NCBI RefSeq assembly: GCF_009914755.1
Contig: NC_060927.1
Origin: the human T2T-CHM13v2.0 reference genome, Homo sapiens
Strand: one strand, 5' to 3'
Length of the DNA stretch: 64,000 nucleotides
Shown here piece by piece: positions 30,131-43,184 of the stretch. The notes under the pieces were generated by a model that ran no database searches, was not told the DNA's origin, and was given only the letters and a program-made list of their open reading frames with translations. The position numbers and the translations under genes are program-made. Positions within the stretch are counted from its first letter, which is position 1. Every line of letters begins with the position of its first letter.

Positions 30131-31106
30131 TCCTTGCTTCAACCTCAGGCCAAGGCTGTTTACCCAGTAACATCATCAGAGCTCTTCATGACTTCTAAGA
30201 TGGCGAAAGCAAGAAGAGGAAACTGTTAGAGAAAAATTACTAAAAAGTAAACCAAGAGATGAAGTAAAGGGCAGAGGTAGAAAAGAATGATATTGATTTC
30301 CTGGGACAGAGACTTATAAAATGTATTCTCTTCAATGAGGGCCCAGAAGTATTTAATTACTGTCAGCCTGAAACTACAATTATCAAACAAATTCTCTCTC
30401 CTGCTTCCCACATTATAATAAATAACCTATCTTGCCAATCTAGATTGCTAGAGATTTTTTTATTATCATTTAGAAGGAAGTCAATTCAGATAGGAGATAG
30501 GTTTCTATTCAGAAGGTCATAGATCACTTACAGCATATTCAGCTCAATGGGTCACCATTATTTTACCCTGATTAGTTGTAATTATAGTTTTACTCTGCCC
30601 AAGATGTTTCACAAAAAAAAAAAAAAAATCCCTAAAATCTTTGGTTAGTATTTTACTTCAGTTCATACAAATAAAATCAAGGGAGGTTCACTTTTTTTTT
30701 TTCAAAGTAGGTCAAATTTTTCCTGAAGAATAGAACACAGGAAAATTCCAAATAAAGAAATATCTTCACCATTTCCTTTACTTTGTCTCACTCCATATTT
30801 CCTGAATCAGCTTCATTGTGAATGACTCAGTAAGAAACTTAACAGGCAGGCATACTACTTAAACCAGCCCTGGCTTGTTCAGTATTGTGTAAGTTAATGG
30901 TAATTTTTAGGCATACAACTGGGCTCCAAACTTCTTTAAGGAAGAGATTATAACTAGGATGCTACAGTGGGAGCATACATTTGTAATGATTTTAAGAATA
31001 TATTTTCAAAGGGTTTGAATTTTATGGTTAGGTTGGAATAGGGATTATTGCCATTCTCCATCTTTCTTTGCCTTCTCATCCACATTCCCTGTTTTGTATG
31101 CACAAA

Positions 31107-31161
31107 TCAAGTACTTGCACACACACACACACACACACAGAGTGTCAAGTACTTGCGCGCG

Positions 31162-31209
<48 letters not shown>

Positions 31210-31210
31210 G
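31107..31210. repeat. Tandemly duplicated microsatellite cassette: tcaagtacttgc-(AC)n-agagtg x2
   Basis: Unit 1 is 31107-31144 and unit 2 is 31145-31210. Unit 2 carries gcgcgcgtgcgcgc before a longer (AC)n. Confidence 0.95.
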
Positions 31211-32369
31211 TTCTGAAAAATTCAATATCCTTAGGGACAATTGGACAGTATTAGAAGATTTGGCTGTCCCCCTCCATGTGCAGTGTTAAGCCGACAGTTT
31301 ATGCCTGCAGGTGGCTGCTTGCAAATGCAATTAGGCTCTGCACCCATTGGGAGGGCTCATTGCACTTAATTAGCTGGTCCAAGACTGTATTAATATTAGT
31401 AATTTTCCACCTGCAAGAAAAATGGACAGCTTAAGTCAGAGGAAATAAAATATAGGGCCAGGTGCATAGGCCATGGTAGCCAATGAATGCTATTTAGTAA
31501 AGAGAAGTATTGAAGCCTGAGCCCATTATGTTAAGATGTAGTTTGATTATCCTGGGTTTCTTAACAGGGATTTTTCTCAACAGGAAAAGAAAACCCATTT
31601 CCTGCTTGGAACTTTTGAAAAATACAGTGCTTAGTCTTTTCAAAGTAAGGTTTTGCAGTTTAGTGGAAGCAACATTGGCTTTGGAGTAGAACTGACCTAT
31701 GTTCCTATTATGTCTTGACAATATTAGCCCATTGATAAATAGTGGAGTCAGGATCTGAACAAGGATTGCTGAATACTAGTTTCATGTTTTTTCCTCATAA
31801 ATTCAGGATCCAGGACACAAAATGAAAGGATATTATAGGAAATTAAAAATTGAGGCCTTAGCGACATTCAATCTGAGATAACCTTCTAGAAAATGCAGCC
31901 TTAGAAAAGCAGGTTATGTTATTTTGAAATAACATCTTAGAAAATCTTGCTGGGATTGTGATGTACCTTAAAACATCATTCTTGGCATAACAGAAAGGGT
32001 GTTCATTAGGATTTGTAGATTGTTGAAACTGTATGTTTCTTTAGTTGGAAAATAAAACTTGAAATAAAAATCACTGGAATGTTAAAGTGATTTCTGATGT
32101 AAATCAGAAGAAAAAACAACAGAAGGCTTTGAAGGAAAGAGCTGGGGCACGAATTTTATTCTTATGGCATAGAAACAAGCTGGGGAAAAAGGGGCCCCAG
32201 TGATAAAGATCATGGAGAGGATGCGTGAGGACCAATTGACTCATTCTAGCACACAACCACATCCAGGAAACATGAATGTCCTAGATGACAAATGAGGAGT
32301 CATACTTGAACCAGAGCAAATTTCAGATCTGTCTATGTTAGAACAACAGCCATCTATTGCTCTGTTAAG

Positions 32370-32590
32370 GCACCACAGTGTAAAATGTCTAAGAGTTCAG
32401 TCTCCAGATTAAAATTGCCTGGCTTTGAATTCTTTTTCCACCACCTACTAGACAAATCTTTTGCAAGTCACCTGACCCCTTGAAGCCTCAAGTAGACTTA
32501 ATTACAGTATCCCCCTTGCTTGGGAAGGTTAAATGGGAAAATCCCCACAAAGTGTTTGGTGAAGAGTAGTTGCTTAATATTTGTTTGCTC
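32370..32590 (+). mobile_element. MIR SINE
   Basis: cagtgtaaaatgtctaagagttcagtctccagattaaaattgcctggctttgaattc...gcaagtcacctgaccccttgaagcctca...gaaggttaaatggg. Confidence 0.65.
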
Positions 32591-34491
32591 TGAGTATTAG
32601 ATCATGGACATCAGATTATCCTGTGTTTTGATGTATAGCTTAACAGGCAAACACATTCCTAAGTGGTGTTCTAGCAATGTTCTTAAAAAAAAATGATCAT
32701 GAAGAAATAACTATAAAAACAAAAACAAGAGCTCTTGGTCCAAACAATGCTGATATGGTTCCTTTAGACAAGCTTATTTATCTGTCTCCTTTCTACTTAT
32801 CTTTCACGGCTCAACTCATCTCAGTATAACCTTGATAAAGCTTCTTTCAATTCTGTAATCAATTAATTAATTCCTTCTTTCTCTAAGCTCCCAAAACATA
32901 TTATGTTTGGCCCTACTTTAAACAGTTAATTCTTTCTACTTGCATCTTTGGTTAATTGCATCACTCTCTCACCTGCTAACTTAGGAAATTCTTAAGGACT
33001 CATCTCTAATTCCAAATAGAATCTAATACTTTTAACATAGTAAATTAATTCTATAAATGCCTATTTAATTAACACTGAGAACATAAAATGTTTTTGTGGA
33101 CAATAAGACACTAAACACACACATGTGCAGACAAACACACAACTGATTGTGGTTCACAAATATTGTCTCAAAAGTGAAAATGAACATATAATCTCACTTT
33201 ACAATGCAATGTTTGGAGGGAAATGAAACAGTACATTATTATAATCAGTGAAAGATCAAGAGCTAGCCCAACCTTCTCCTCAACTAACTGCTCAGAAAAG
33301 ACCAAGGAAGGAAAAAAGACCAATAGTCATGCATATAGAATTCTGTTATTAAGAGAAAATTCTGATAGCTTTTGTTGCCTTCTGTTAGAAATCGAAGGGA
33401 AGATAGGAATCCACCTGACAAAGACACTTGTAACACAGAGTTAATGACAAATTTTCTTGCAATTACAAATATATTTTTAAGGGCTCTTTTTTTCTTAAAT
33501 AGGCTTTGTCAGAATCCAATGGACCTAGCTTAGGAACCCCCAAAACAAATAATTTCTGTGCAGAGATAATTTTGAGTTTTAGTTGCATTCAAGTGCTTAA
33601 TAAAGTTTACGATAAAACCCTGAGCTCCTTAACTAATCCATATTGCATGCGGGGTGGAGGAGAGAACTGCCTATACAGGCAAGTCTTTCTTATACTGCTA
33701 GCAGTATAGGATCAAGGAAGCTGCACAAACAAGAAATTTGGGATTTAGGTCAAGATATTGGAAAAAACTTAAAATTATTTCTTTTCGTCTTTCTATCTGT
33801 ATCTATCTGTTCGTATTTGTCTCTCTCTGTCTCTTTTTCATACACACACATACTCAAATGCCATATTTTAGTGCATAGAGTGATTCAAAATGCACTACCA
33901 ATAATCACCAAAATATCCCCTTCTCTTGCAATAATCTAAGAATAATCTAGGAATCTAGATTATTTTTTTAAAGCCAGTATTTGGGTCCAGAAGATATTCT
34001 CTTTATAGTCTTGAGAAGCACAATAATCAATTCCTTTAAGAGAGAAAAATGTGTTTTTTTCCAAACATATTGCACGGAAAAGATAAGGCAGCTTCTCCCT
34101 AGGGAGATGGGAAGAACAAACAGTGTTGTCAACACAGGAAGGCTGCTGTAGAGGTGGACACATCCCCCTGCCACCCTGATTAGAGGAAGCCAGGAAGTAA
34201 GGGCGGTTTACTTGGAAACTACAATGAGAACCATGCTGCAGCCCCAAGTGGGGAAGGGGAGAAGCAACCTAATCCGGGGAAGGCTGTGATTCCAACATGG
34301 CATTTTCCTTCCATCCTCCACAGCATGTCTTTCTGAATCTGTGTCTGCAATGCCAGGGAAGAGCCATCAGGCCTGTGCTCCCCAAAACAGAGCTGAAGAG
34401 TGGACCTCAGGAACCTGGTAAAGATTTAGAATGAGAGAAAAAAACTATAGAACTATGAATTCAGACTGACTCTAGGGTAAAAAAAATGAGT

Positions 34492-35168
34492 TTGTATGGT
34501 AGATTTGCACTGTGCAAATTTAGCTAAGCAGGAGCTATGTTTCCCAGGATCCCTGTCTCTGCATAATTTCAGGTTAGCGTGGGCCACCAGAAACACACAT
34601 GATGGGATTTGGAAGGCTGAAGTTAAGCGTCAATCACATTCCTTTAAAGCACTGAAGATCGGTGCAGGCAAAAGTGCAGAGCACAGGCACCACTGCAGCT
34701 CACCAAGTGATTTCTGCTCTCTGGCTCACATTATTGACATTGAGCAGAAGCCGGGCATGCAGCTTCATCAGCTCTCACCAGATTTGCTTCCTTCAGTTTC
34801 TCCAGCTCCTGGGTCAGTTACATGTTTAGCAACATGATGAAGCAAAGCAGTTTCTCTTGCAGGTCACTGGCATCATTGAATTTGGAGGCTTCAAGACAGA
34901 GGCTGAAAAACAGTTTGCCTCTGTGATTTCCAGCCTGTCCCCCTGAATTCCAATTTATCATTTCTCTCCAACATTTCATGTCTGTCTTTCCTTCTCGATG
35001 TCCTGCTCTGCTAACTTCAGTCTCCAATGCAAGACATAGAAGCAACAGCCACACATAAACTGTTTAGTCAGCTCCCATAATTGGGAAAAGTAAAATATTT
35101 GCAATAAACAATTGATTCTACATCACTTCCTGTGGTTCTGTTTCTCTGGGCAAACCCAACTTGATACC
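34492..35168 (+). mobile_element. MLT2E/F-like ERVL solo LTR
   Basis: Starts tgtatggtag...aatttagctaagcaggagctatgtttcccag; has aataaa at about 35103; ends ctgtggttctgtttctctgggcaaacccaacttgatac. Confidence 0.7.
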
Positions 35169-35438
35169 ATCTGAATAGTAGAAGTGAACCCACCAATGTT
35201 CTTTGTGCTGGAATTGACCTGGTTGTTAACCTAACTGGATGATTTGATAGAGGCAAGATAGAACAATTGAGATTTCTGACAAAGTTGTCAGGGAAATATA
35301 ATTGTAAAATTGAAGAATGGAACAGGAGCAGATGGCAATAAATACCCATGCTGAAGCAATGAAAATGACAGTTGGAAACCTTGAGAATTCTGAATTAAAT
35401 GTTTGGAGGAAGGTATATTCATTTTATCTGTTTCAATC

Positions 35439-35498
35439 TATATATATTTATATATACATATATAAGTGTGTGTGTGTGTATGTGTGTGTTTGTGTGTA
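35439..35498. repeat. (TA)n followed by (TG)n microsatellite
   Basis: Seen directly. Confidence 0.9.
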
Positions 35499-35884
35499 GT
35501 TAGAAGAACAATATGTTACCTAGCGGACATCTCCATGAGACTCACTTTTGCAAACAAATATGAATGGCAGGCTGCCAAAAGAATACTGAAATGTGAATCT
35601 TTAATCCAGGCTGATTTGATGAAAATAACATTGTTTCCTGTGACTGAGAAATAACAATGACTGGTTATTGTATTTTATATATTCTTTATGCTCTGTCTCA
35701 TTTCCAAAAGTATTTGCGGCAGATTGCAAAATATGTACACTACAACAAAATAACTAGATGGTAAAAGTGGAGCAAGGGAAAAATATGGTTAGAAATATGA
35801 AACAGAGTAGGTGTGAAAGGAATTCAGAAAAATGTAGAAATTCAAAAGAATCTATTATACTAATTCCTATGCAGCCAAATATAA

Positions 35885-36450
35885 TGGGCATCAGTAGTGT
35901 GAGGTTGTGACCGGAAAAGGTAATGCAGTATTAGATTAAATTAATCAAGATTGAATATCTTGAAAACAAAAATTGATAATTCAATTTTACTCTGCACTAA
36001 TCAGGTCTTACCTATAATATTTTTTCAGTTTATGATTTTAGGACCAAACAGATTTAGATAATCAGCAGCATGTTCAGTCAAGTTTAAGAAAACAGTGAAA
36101 AGACTTGAAATCATGTCTTGGGGAGAATGGCTGAAGGAATTGAGAATGTTTAGCCTAAAAGAAGAAAGATATTGTGAGATAGGATAACTGTTTTCAATAC
36201 TAAAGGACTTCTAAGTAGTATAGGGAAAAACTGAAATATATTACCTAGGGATAAATATAAATTCAAACAGCTGAAAATAGGGGAAAAAGTAAATGTAAGC
36301 CAAATATAATATTCATATCCATAAAATGTAAATGTGAAATAAAATGCTTTAAATGGTTTTGAGCAAAGGTCTTCAAGCAAGTAAGACTCCTTTTGAGGAT
36401 GTTACAGAGAAGAATCAAACGCTGAATTGAGACTGGGAAAAGACGATGTC
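35885..36450 (+). mobile_element. L3/CR1 LINE remnant (ORF2 C-terminal region)
   Basis: tactctgcactaatcaggtcttacct...ttcagtt, gagaatggctgaaggaattgagaatgtttagcctaaaagaagaaaga and gataactgttttcaatactaaagg match CR1 ORF2 3' motifs (ERLKELGMFSLEKRR-like). Confidence 0.7.
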
Positions 36451-36749
36451 AATGGCTGTTTCTCATCTTTGTACATATCATAAAAGCCATTCCATGACTG
36501 GAAGTGCATTCTTTTTCCAGAAATCAGAGCCCACATCCTTACAGTTTGAGAAACAGAGCAGAGTCCTGAAATCTAAATACATTAATTCTTTGAATGCTTA
36601 GTTCATTTTCCTGGGGAACTGACAAAATAAAAGAGCCATACTTGAGACACACCTATTACTCTGGGACATTCTCCCTAATTCTCCTTGTTTGCTTCTCTCA
36701 CATTTTGTAATCATTGCAGTGTATGATTCTCCTCCTGAGACTATAAGCT

Positions 36750-37067
36750 CAAAGTTGCCTGAACCACCTTCAGCCCACAGATAGATATGTTTAACTCCAC
36801 ATGGACTTTAAAGTTTTAAAATTAGTTTTCAACATTTAATAGTAAGAACAATTCACACAGTATTCCAGATTGAAAACTAACTGCTCTTGAAAAATAGAAA
36901 GAGCTGGGAATCCTGAACACACACTCTTGAATTGCAATATCATCAAGGGACCTGAATTTTGACTCCTCTCTTTAAATAAAACATGGGTTTCTAGTTTGTC
37001 ACCACTTCTTAATGTCTCATGAATTCACATTAGCTAACTGGCTCTAGTTGAATTTGGAATCCCTGCC
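36750..37067. mobile_element. MER102-like hAT-Charlie element
   Basis: cagcccacagatagatatgtt...aattagttttcaacattta...ctcttgaaaaatagaaagagctggg...tttggaatccctg. Confidence 0.45.
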
Positions 37068-37152
37068 ATGTATTTTGAGCAAGGTTACTTGTAGATATAT
37101 ATATTTTTTGGACTGGAATTTTTTAGTGAATATGTGTATGTGTTCTTAAGAG

Positions 37153-37690
37153 TGTCTCAGCTGGGTTCCCTGTGGAAGAGAGCCTGAGGCAAGGATTAAG
37201 TGTTGATATTTTATTTAGGAGGTACAAACCTAGGGCAACAAAAGCACAGAAAGAGGAAAATGAGACAGGAAATTATAGAAAGAAATTGCCAGAAGATGCA
37301 GAACATTGCTAGGCATAACACATCATTCAGCAGATGCAAACATTCAGGCAGGATGCCTCAAAAAAGTGTGTATGAGAAACTGTTACCATGGGAGTGAGGA
37401 AGGAAGAATTTGGCTCCTTCCCATCTCCTGTTTCATTGGTCCAAGTTTGCCCCATTAGAAGTTAACTTCTCTGTGCTTCTAAGTTGTATGATCCGGTCCT
37501 TTTGATTATGCCAGATTCCCTGGCCCAAAGTGCCTTTTTTGACTCTACTTTAAAAATGGGAGTAAAAGACAGAAATTCCAGGTGTCTGACTGGTAGGACT
37601 ATTTGCACAGTGGCAGCCAAGAACAGTGCCAGTGAATGCTTGACCCCAGGTGGTAGAAATTACCATGGACACATCTAAATGGAATCAGTC
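37153..37690 (-). mobile_element. LTR16-like ERVL LTR
   Basis: tgtctcagctgggttccctgtggaagagagcctgaggcaaggattaagtg...ttttatttaggagg is the reverse 3' end of the LTR16 class; also cattggtccaagtttgccccat. Confidence 0.55.
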
Positions 37691-37733
37691 AGCAAATGAA
37701 GTTCAGGGGTAGTTTTATTGAGGAAGTCCAAGG

Positions 37734-38241
37734 CAGGGGTCAGCCAGTCACAGCCCTCAGATCTGATCTAGCATGCCTCCTGTTTTTGTGTACCCCATGA
37801 GCTAAGAATAACTTTACACTTTTAAAGGGCCAAAAAAATCCAAAGAAGAATAATATTTTTTTTATTATGTTAAAGTCGGGCCTGGTTTTTTTTTTATTAT
37901 TATACTTTAAGTTCTAGGGTACATGTGCACAACATGCAGGTTTGTTCATAGGTATACATGTGCCATGTTGGTTTGCTGCACCCATCAACTCGTCATTTAC
38001 ATTAGGTATTTAGAAGAATAATATTTTATGATACATACAAATTATATAAAATTCTAGTAAACCAGTGTCCATAAATAAAGTTTTATTGGAACACAGCCGT
38101 GCTCATTCATATATGTAGTGTCTGTGGCTGCTCTCAAGCCACAGAGCTGAGTAGCCCCAGAAGAGACCAGAGACCATATGGCCTGCAAAACATAGAATAT
38201 TTAGGAGCAAGTCTTTTACAGAAAAAGCTTGCCAACCTTTG
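37734..38241. mobile_element. MER58B hAT-Charlie element, interrupted by a short L1 insertion
   Basis: caggggtcagcc...ccatgagctaagaata...[insert]...cagtgtccataaataaagttttattggaacacagcc...cagaaaaagcttgccaacctttg. Confidence 0.85.
37860..38011 (-). mobile_element. Severely 5'-truncated L1PA6-type 3' end (about 115 bp) with poly(A), 3'-transduced tag and second A tail, 16-bp TSD
   Basis: TSD agaagaataatatttt at 37844-37859 and 38012-38027. L1 3' UTR tatactttaagttctagggtacatg...cccatcaactcgtcatttacattaggtattt. Confidence 0.92.
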
Positions 38242-41200
38242 GCCTAAGGAATCCTAATAAGTGTATCTGAATCAAGAAGCAAAATGAAACATTCTCAGCA
38301 AAAATACAACAGGACTATATCACTTGAGAATTATGTTAAAAGCTGTAATTTTCACATGCCTACACATGCCTGCATAACTGTAAATGTGATCACACTCACA
38401 GGTTTATCCCTCTGAAGAGCCTTCCATGGTTACAGTTCCATGATCTATTTATAGAATCACCTACAAAAAGGCAAAATCACTTTTATGGCTTTAATCCCAA
38501 TAGCAATAGTGCAACTCTATTCCCAGATGAAAATAATCTCAGAGCACTATTCTTGTATACAACAGGGCAAGAAAGAGAGTTAATATTATTGGTTTATTAA
38601 ATATCAAATTCAAGTCATAAGTTTTGAATTTTAAAAACCTACTTGGGGAAAAATACACACACACAGAGAAACCACAGCCCTGAGCCTCTTCCTGACATGT
38701 GCATTAGCAGGTATACCACTTCCTGTGGTTATCATTTGAGGTGAGTTAAAGGTCCACAGTGTACCAGCTCTGTGCAAGATGAAGGATGCAGAGCCATGCT
38801 CATAATAGGCCCAGTTTTGTTGACAGCTAGAACCAGGAGGCAGTCCCTGTGACTGACTATATTAAGAACTCTGTGCAAAGAAATTTAGAGGATCTCTTTT
38901 ATTTTGGGATTAACTACGTTCTGTTTATTCATTCACTCCAAAAGCACCCACTGTGATCCTGTTATGTACTAGGCACTAGGTGAGATGCTAAAGATTCTTA
39001 CACAAATAGGACACAGTTCCTGCCTTGGCACTCAGATATTATCAAGAAACACCCCAGCCCCCATTGCCTGGACACTGTAAACTATGTATTCCCTCCAAGA
39101 ATAGTCCTCTCTGGGGACCAAACCTCCCAGTGGAAAAGCATCAAACTATTCTTGGCTTCACTTCCCAAGGCCAGCCTGACCTTTCACGGCAACTAGAGAG
39201 CATGAGTTGCCAGAGTCATGAAAGTCTCTCCCAGTCTATGTGCCCCTGAGCCAGGCTTGTGCAGGGGCTGTTTTCCTAAGAGGGAGCTCAGCCCAGGCTC
39301 CCAGGGTTCCAGGAGGCCTCCACTGCAGTTATTGAGGTAGTCAGTTGGCCTTTCAGCAGCAGATCTACTTTCTGAGAACCAATTGTTCTTTCAGCACTTC
39401 AAAAAGGAGGTTTTGCTTGGGAGTCTTTAAGCACTTGGAGATAGGAAGCTGGAGTTTAATTTTTTTATGTGCTTTATGAGCAGCGAGGACTGAGAGGGAT
39501 TCGCTTTAACTTGACTAGGCGTGGGGAGGGGTCTCTTTGAAACAGCCACTTGACAGCAGCCGTGTATACGATTAAATGTTCTCAGTAGAGAATCCCAAGG
39601 AACAATGGTTTTGAATGTAGTTACATATGAGGCAGCACGGTGTGGTGGAACACACAATAAACGCTAAATGCTCTTTGATTACTTTCCATCATTCTTGGCC
39701 ATGCTCCAAGTGAAATGTGAATCTTTATTTGCACAGCTCTGTTCTAAAGGTTCATGAGAGCTGTGTGTAGGTCTTGGTGAACTGGAGTAAGATTTATTTC
39801 ATCTGGTATCCTTTAAAACACTGAAAGCATTTTATCTTATTATAAGAATTTCACAAAGATATGATGGTAAGGGAGAGCACTTGATGGTATTGAAGACGTT
39901 TATCAATTATTTCTAGCAAACAAATCCTATCTTCAGTCATTTGCCAGTGTCTTAGGTGTAACTGGATAAGTCTGGGCCACCCTGGGCTTTAGTGTTGCTA
40001 TTTCTAAAATGACAAGGAAGGACAAGCTGCCCCTTCATAAATTTCTGCATGCTAGAAGAATGCCTGGTATAGAGCAAGCACTCACCTATTAAATTTAATG
40101 TATTACTTGGACCTGAACTTAATCCAGCTCTAAAGGTTTATAAGTGGACATTTATTTGTGTCCGGAATAACTGAGGTGAAGCTAGATTGTTCCTTTCATT
40201 GATCATGGTGCATGGCTGGCATTACTCAACTCTTCTTTTCTGCTTCTCTGACTTCCTTATCCTTTGTGGTCTACTGTAGTTCCAGCTCACTAGGCTTCTG
40301 ACCCATACCAGATGCAGAACTTCAGACAAGGCTACAATCTTAAGCCCAAAGAAAGTGTTTTAAGGAAAACATTCCCTGATGTTTTATAAAGAACCTGTAC
40401 ACATTCCACACCCTGCTGAGCAGAGCTTTTGTTGCACAAAGTGCTGGCAGCAAGGATGATCCTGAGAGGAGATTTGAAGTAGTGTCTCTCTCCTAGCAGC
40501 AATGTGCCTAGGAGAGGTAGGAACAAGGACTTCAAGGGCACTTCCAGGGAGAATGGTTACATAAAAACCTCAAAGTCTTTACGTCAGATTCATATTTTGC
40601 ACCAAGGTGCAGGCTCTGATACTTTAAGAAAAAAAATTATGCGTAGTCAAAATTACCTAACAAAATATCCCAATTTCTGAATAGCTTTCAGTATCTTTCT
40701 AAGATAGCTCCATCTCTGACCTCCCTTTTTCCCCAGCATTAAAAAAATCATGCTTTCTTTAGCTGAGTACCAGAAAAGAGATTGTCAGCTTGCATTTATG
40801 GGCCATGTTATATATAAATATGTATATTATTTTAAAAATTAGAATCATAATTAGTACATCAAAATGTTCACACTATGGGAAATATGCTCACCCTAAAGCT
40901 TATACTTATTCACTGGAATGACAGGAGAAAACTAAGTTGACTTTCTCATTTGCTTTTTCTTTGCTGACCTCTAATAGCTGGGTTTTTGCGTTAAATGTTC
41001 ACATTATGGAACTTCACTGTACCTACAGTAAACCCAATGTCCAACCTAACCAGGTCAGAACAACGAGCCAAATGGAAGGGACTGTGCCCAGTGGAGCTCT
41101 TTAGACCCTGAGACGAGGCAGAACCTCACAGTACAGCAGGTTCCAAGTCTCAGAGAAAGAAGAGTGTTCAGACAAGAGACAATCAGTCAGCATCTGGCTT

Positions 41201-42734
41201 GGGCATATGGCTCAAGGGGGTACAGATATCCACCTCAGAGAGTCCTGGCACTGGGTGTTTGATACTGTGACACTAGGTCTATATTTGAGCAGGAGGGTCA
41301 CCAACCCCAGAGGACATTGTATACTAGAGCTAGGCAGGCCCCTGTGGGTTAACAGAACATCTTTAAATGAATTAGAATGAGGCAGTCCTTTGGCAGACAC
41401 AGTCCTGCTACAAGGGGGCACAGCTTGGTAGCAGCATGTGGGTTGGATTCCTGCCTCCACTTGCCCACTTGGCCCAGTGCCTTTATAGAATGCTCAAACT
41501 GTACAGCACTACACAGAGGGCCTGACAAGATCAGCACAGAACGGGGAGTAATGGTCAAAGCCTGTTTTAATTTTCCTACTTGGCAAAGCTGGATTGGTCT
41601 TAGAGCTTGGGTCATCTGGGCACGTGGGGGCTGTAGAACTCTAAGCCAGCCAGCCAGGCTTCTCATGTGTGATGGGCTCGAGAACAATCCTTTAATCCCA
41701 CCAAAAATCCCTGCAACAAGAAACACTGATTCTCCTTTTATTTAATTAAAGGACTGTTTTCTCATGAGTATTCTGCCTGATTTATGAATACCTATTGTTC
41801 AAAATGTAATTGCATATTCAGCACTGCTCAATGGAACGGGGACCGTTTGAGCTTATACTGTTTGCTTTACATTTTTAAAATCCTTTGTTTAGATGTGTAT
41901 GATTCATTTCATTACGATGCACAAAATCAAGGCATTCCAGAAGGCATTCTATGGATACCCATAATTTTTAATCTTTGTCAAGATGTGCCAAGCCAGCCAG
42001 AACACAGCAAGGCTGACACAAAAGCCTTGAAATTTGAACAGACACTCAGGCAGTTGCCTTATGACTAAGTGAGGATGGGTCTCCAATTGCCCACAGCCTT
42101 CAGACATTTACCCAAAGAGAAGCAGATCTATTTTGAATGAATAGATCAGCACTGATTCATACCTTCAAACATTATTACACAATAGCAAACAGATACCTAA
42201 AAAAAAAATCTTGATGTCTTCCAGATACTCAGATATGTTTTAGAGTAAATTTTGCTGGTTTGCGAGAAAATTCTGCAGACAATGTCATGGGACCAGATCA
42301 TTTCATTGGCTTTCACTAGGGCATTGGGAAGTGAATCTGTGAAATGCAGACATGGGTGAGTTCAAATAAAAGTTGTAGAGTCATAGCTTAATATTCAATA
42401 TCACTCCATCTTCTTATCCTAACTCCGACATGATTTCTAATACTGTCCCTCGTTAAATCCCTAATACCCTGACATTTCAGCCAAAAGGAACTACTTACTC
42501 ATTCTCCCCCACATGTAACCAGGGTGTCCCACACCCATGCTTTTGCCCATGTTATTTTCTTCTGCTCCATCTCAGTTCCCAAGGCAACTAGAGTGACAAA
42601 AATACCCAGGAGGCTAAGACTTAATTTACAATTGTAACACTACATTTAATAGTCATGAAGTAAGAATATTGGCCACACCTTAGCAACAACATAATCCTTT
42701 TATGTTGAGAGAGCCACAACATTCTTTTATTTTC

Positions 42735-42850
42735 TCTCAGCCAGTCATCCATAAATATTTATATAATACCTATTATATGCTAGGCACTGTTCTAGATACT
42801 GGAGACATAACAGTAAACAAAACCTAAAACCTCTTTATTCATAAAGGGTC
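42735..42850. mobile_element. L2 LINE 3' fragment
   Basis: catccataaatatttatataatacctattatatgctaggcactgttctagatactggagacataacagtaaacaaaac. Confidence 0.7.
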
Positions 42851-43184
42851 CTAAATATCTCTTATTGTTTTACTGTGATAAGTACATCTGGTTTCCCATT
42901 TAACAGTAAAAAACACATAAAAATATGCAATTAACCTGAAATTACTCAATTAACACCCAGAAACTATTTGTAGTTGCCCTTTTGTTCACTATGTCTTTTT
43001 TAGAGGAGGAAATTTGTAGAATATTGTTCAAAGTTCTAATGCAATAGTTAACATTGCTTCCCATTGTCTGTAGGATAAACAGTTGCATTATTTTTAATTT
43101 AAAAACATGTTTTGATTTAAAAACTGAGTTTTTGAATATTTTTATCTATTCTTTTTCAAAATAAGGTCTTCTTGTTTGTTTTTT

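Noticed and set aside
30197-30205. YY1-like aagatggcg (similar case: tcacgtga near 2792)
   Set aside because: Isolated short motifs are expected by chance in 64 kb, and there is no promoter context.
31048-31289. His/Thr-repeat ORFs
   Set aside because: These are translations of (AC)n microsatellites.
34080-34420. GC-richer block with several ggaag (ETS-like) motifs
   Set aside because: I could not distinguish a regulatory element from an unrecognised old LTR next to MLT2.
41349-41745. Overlapping 125-aa and 122-aa ORFs on opposite strands
   Set aside because: No recognisable domain or convincing splice context; ORFs of this length arise by chance in a locally GC-richer patch.
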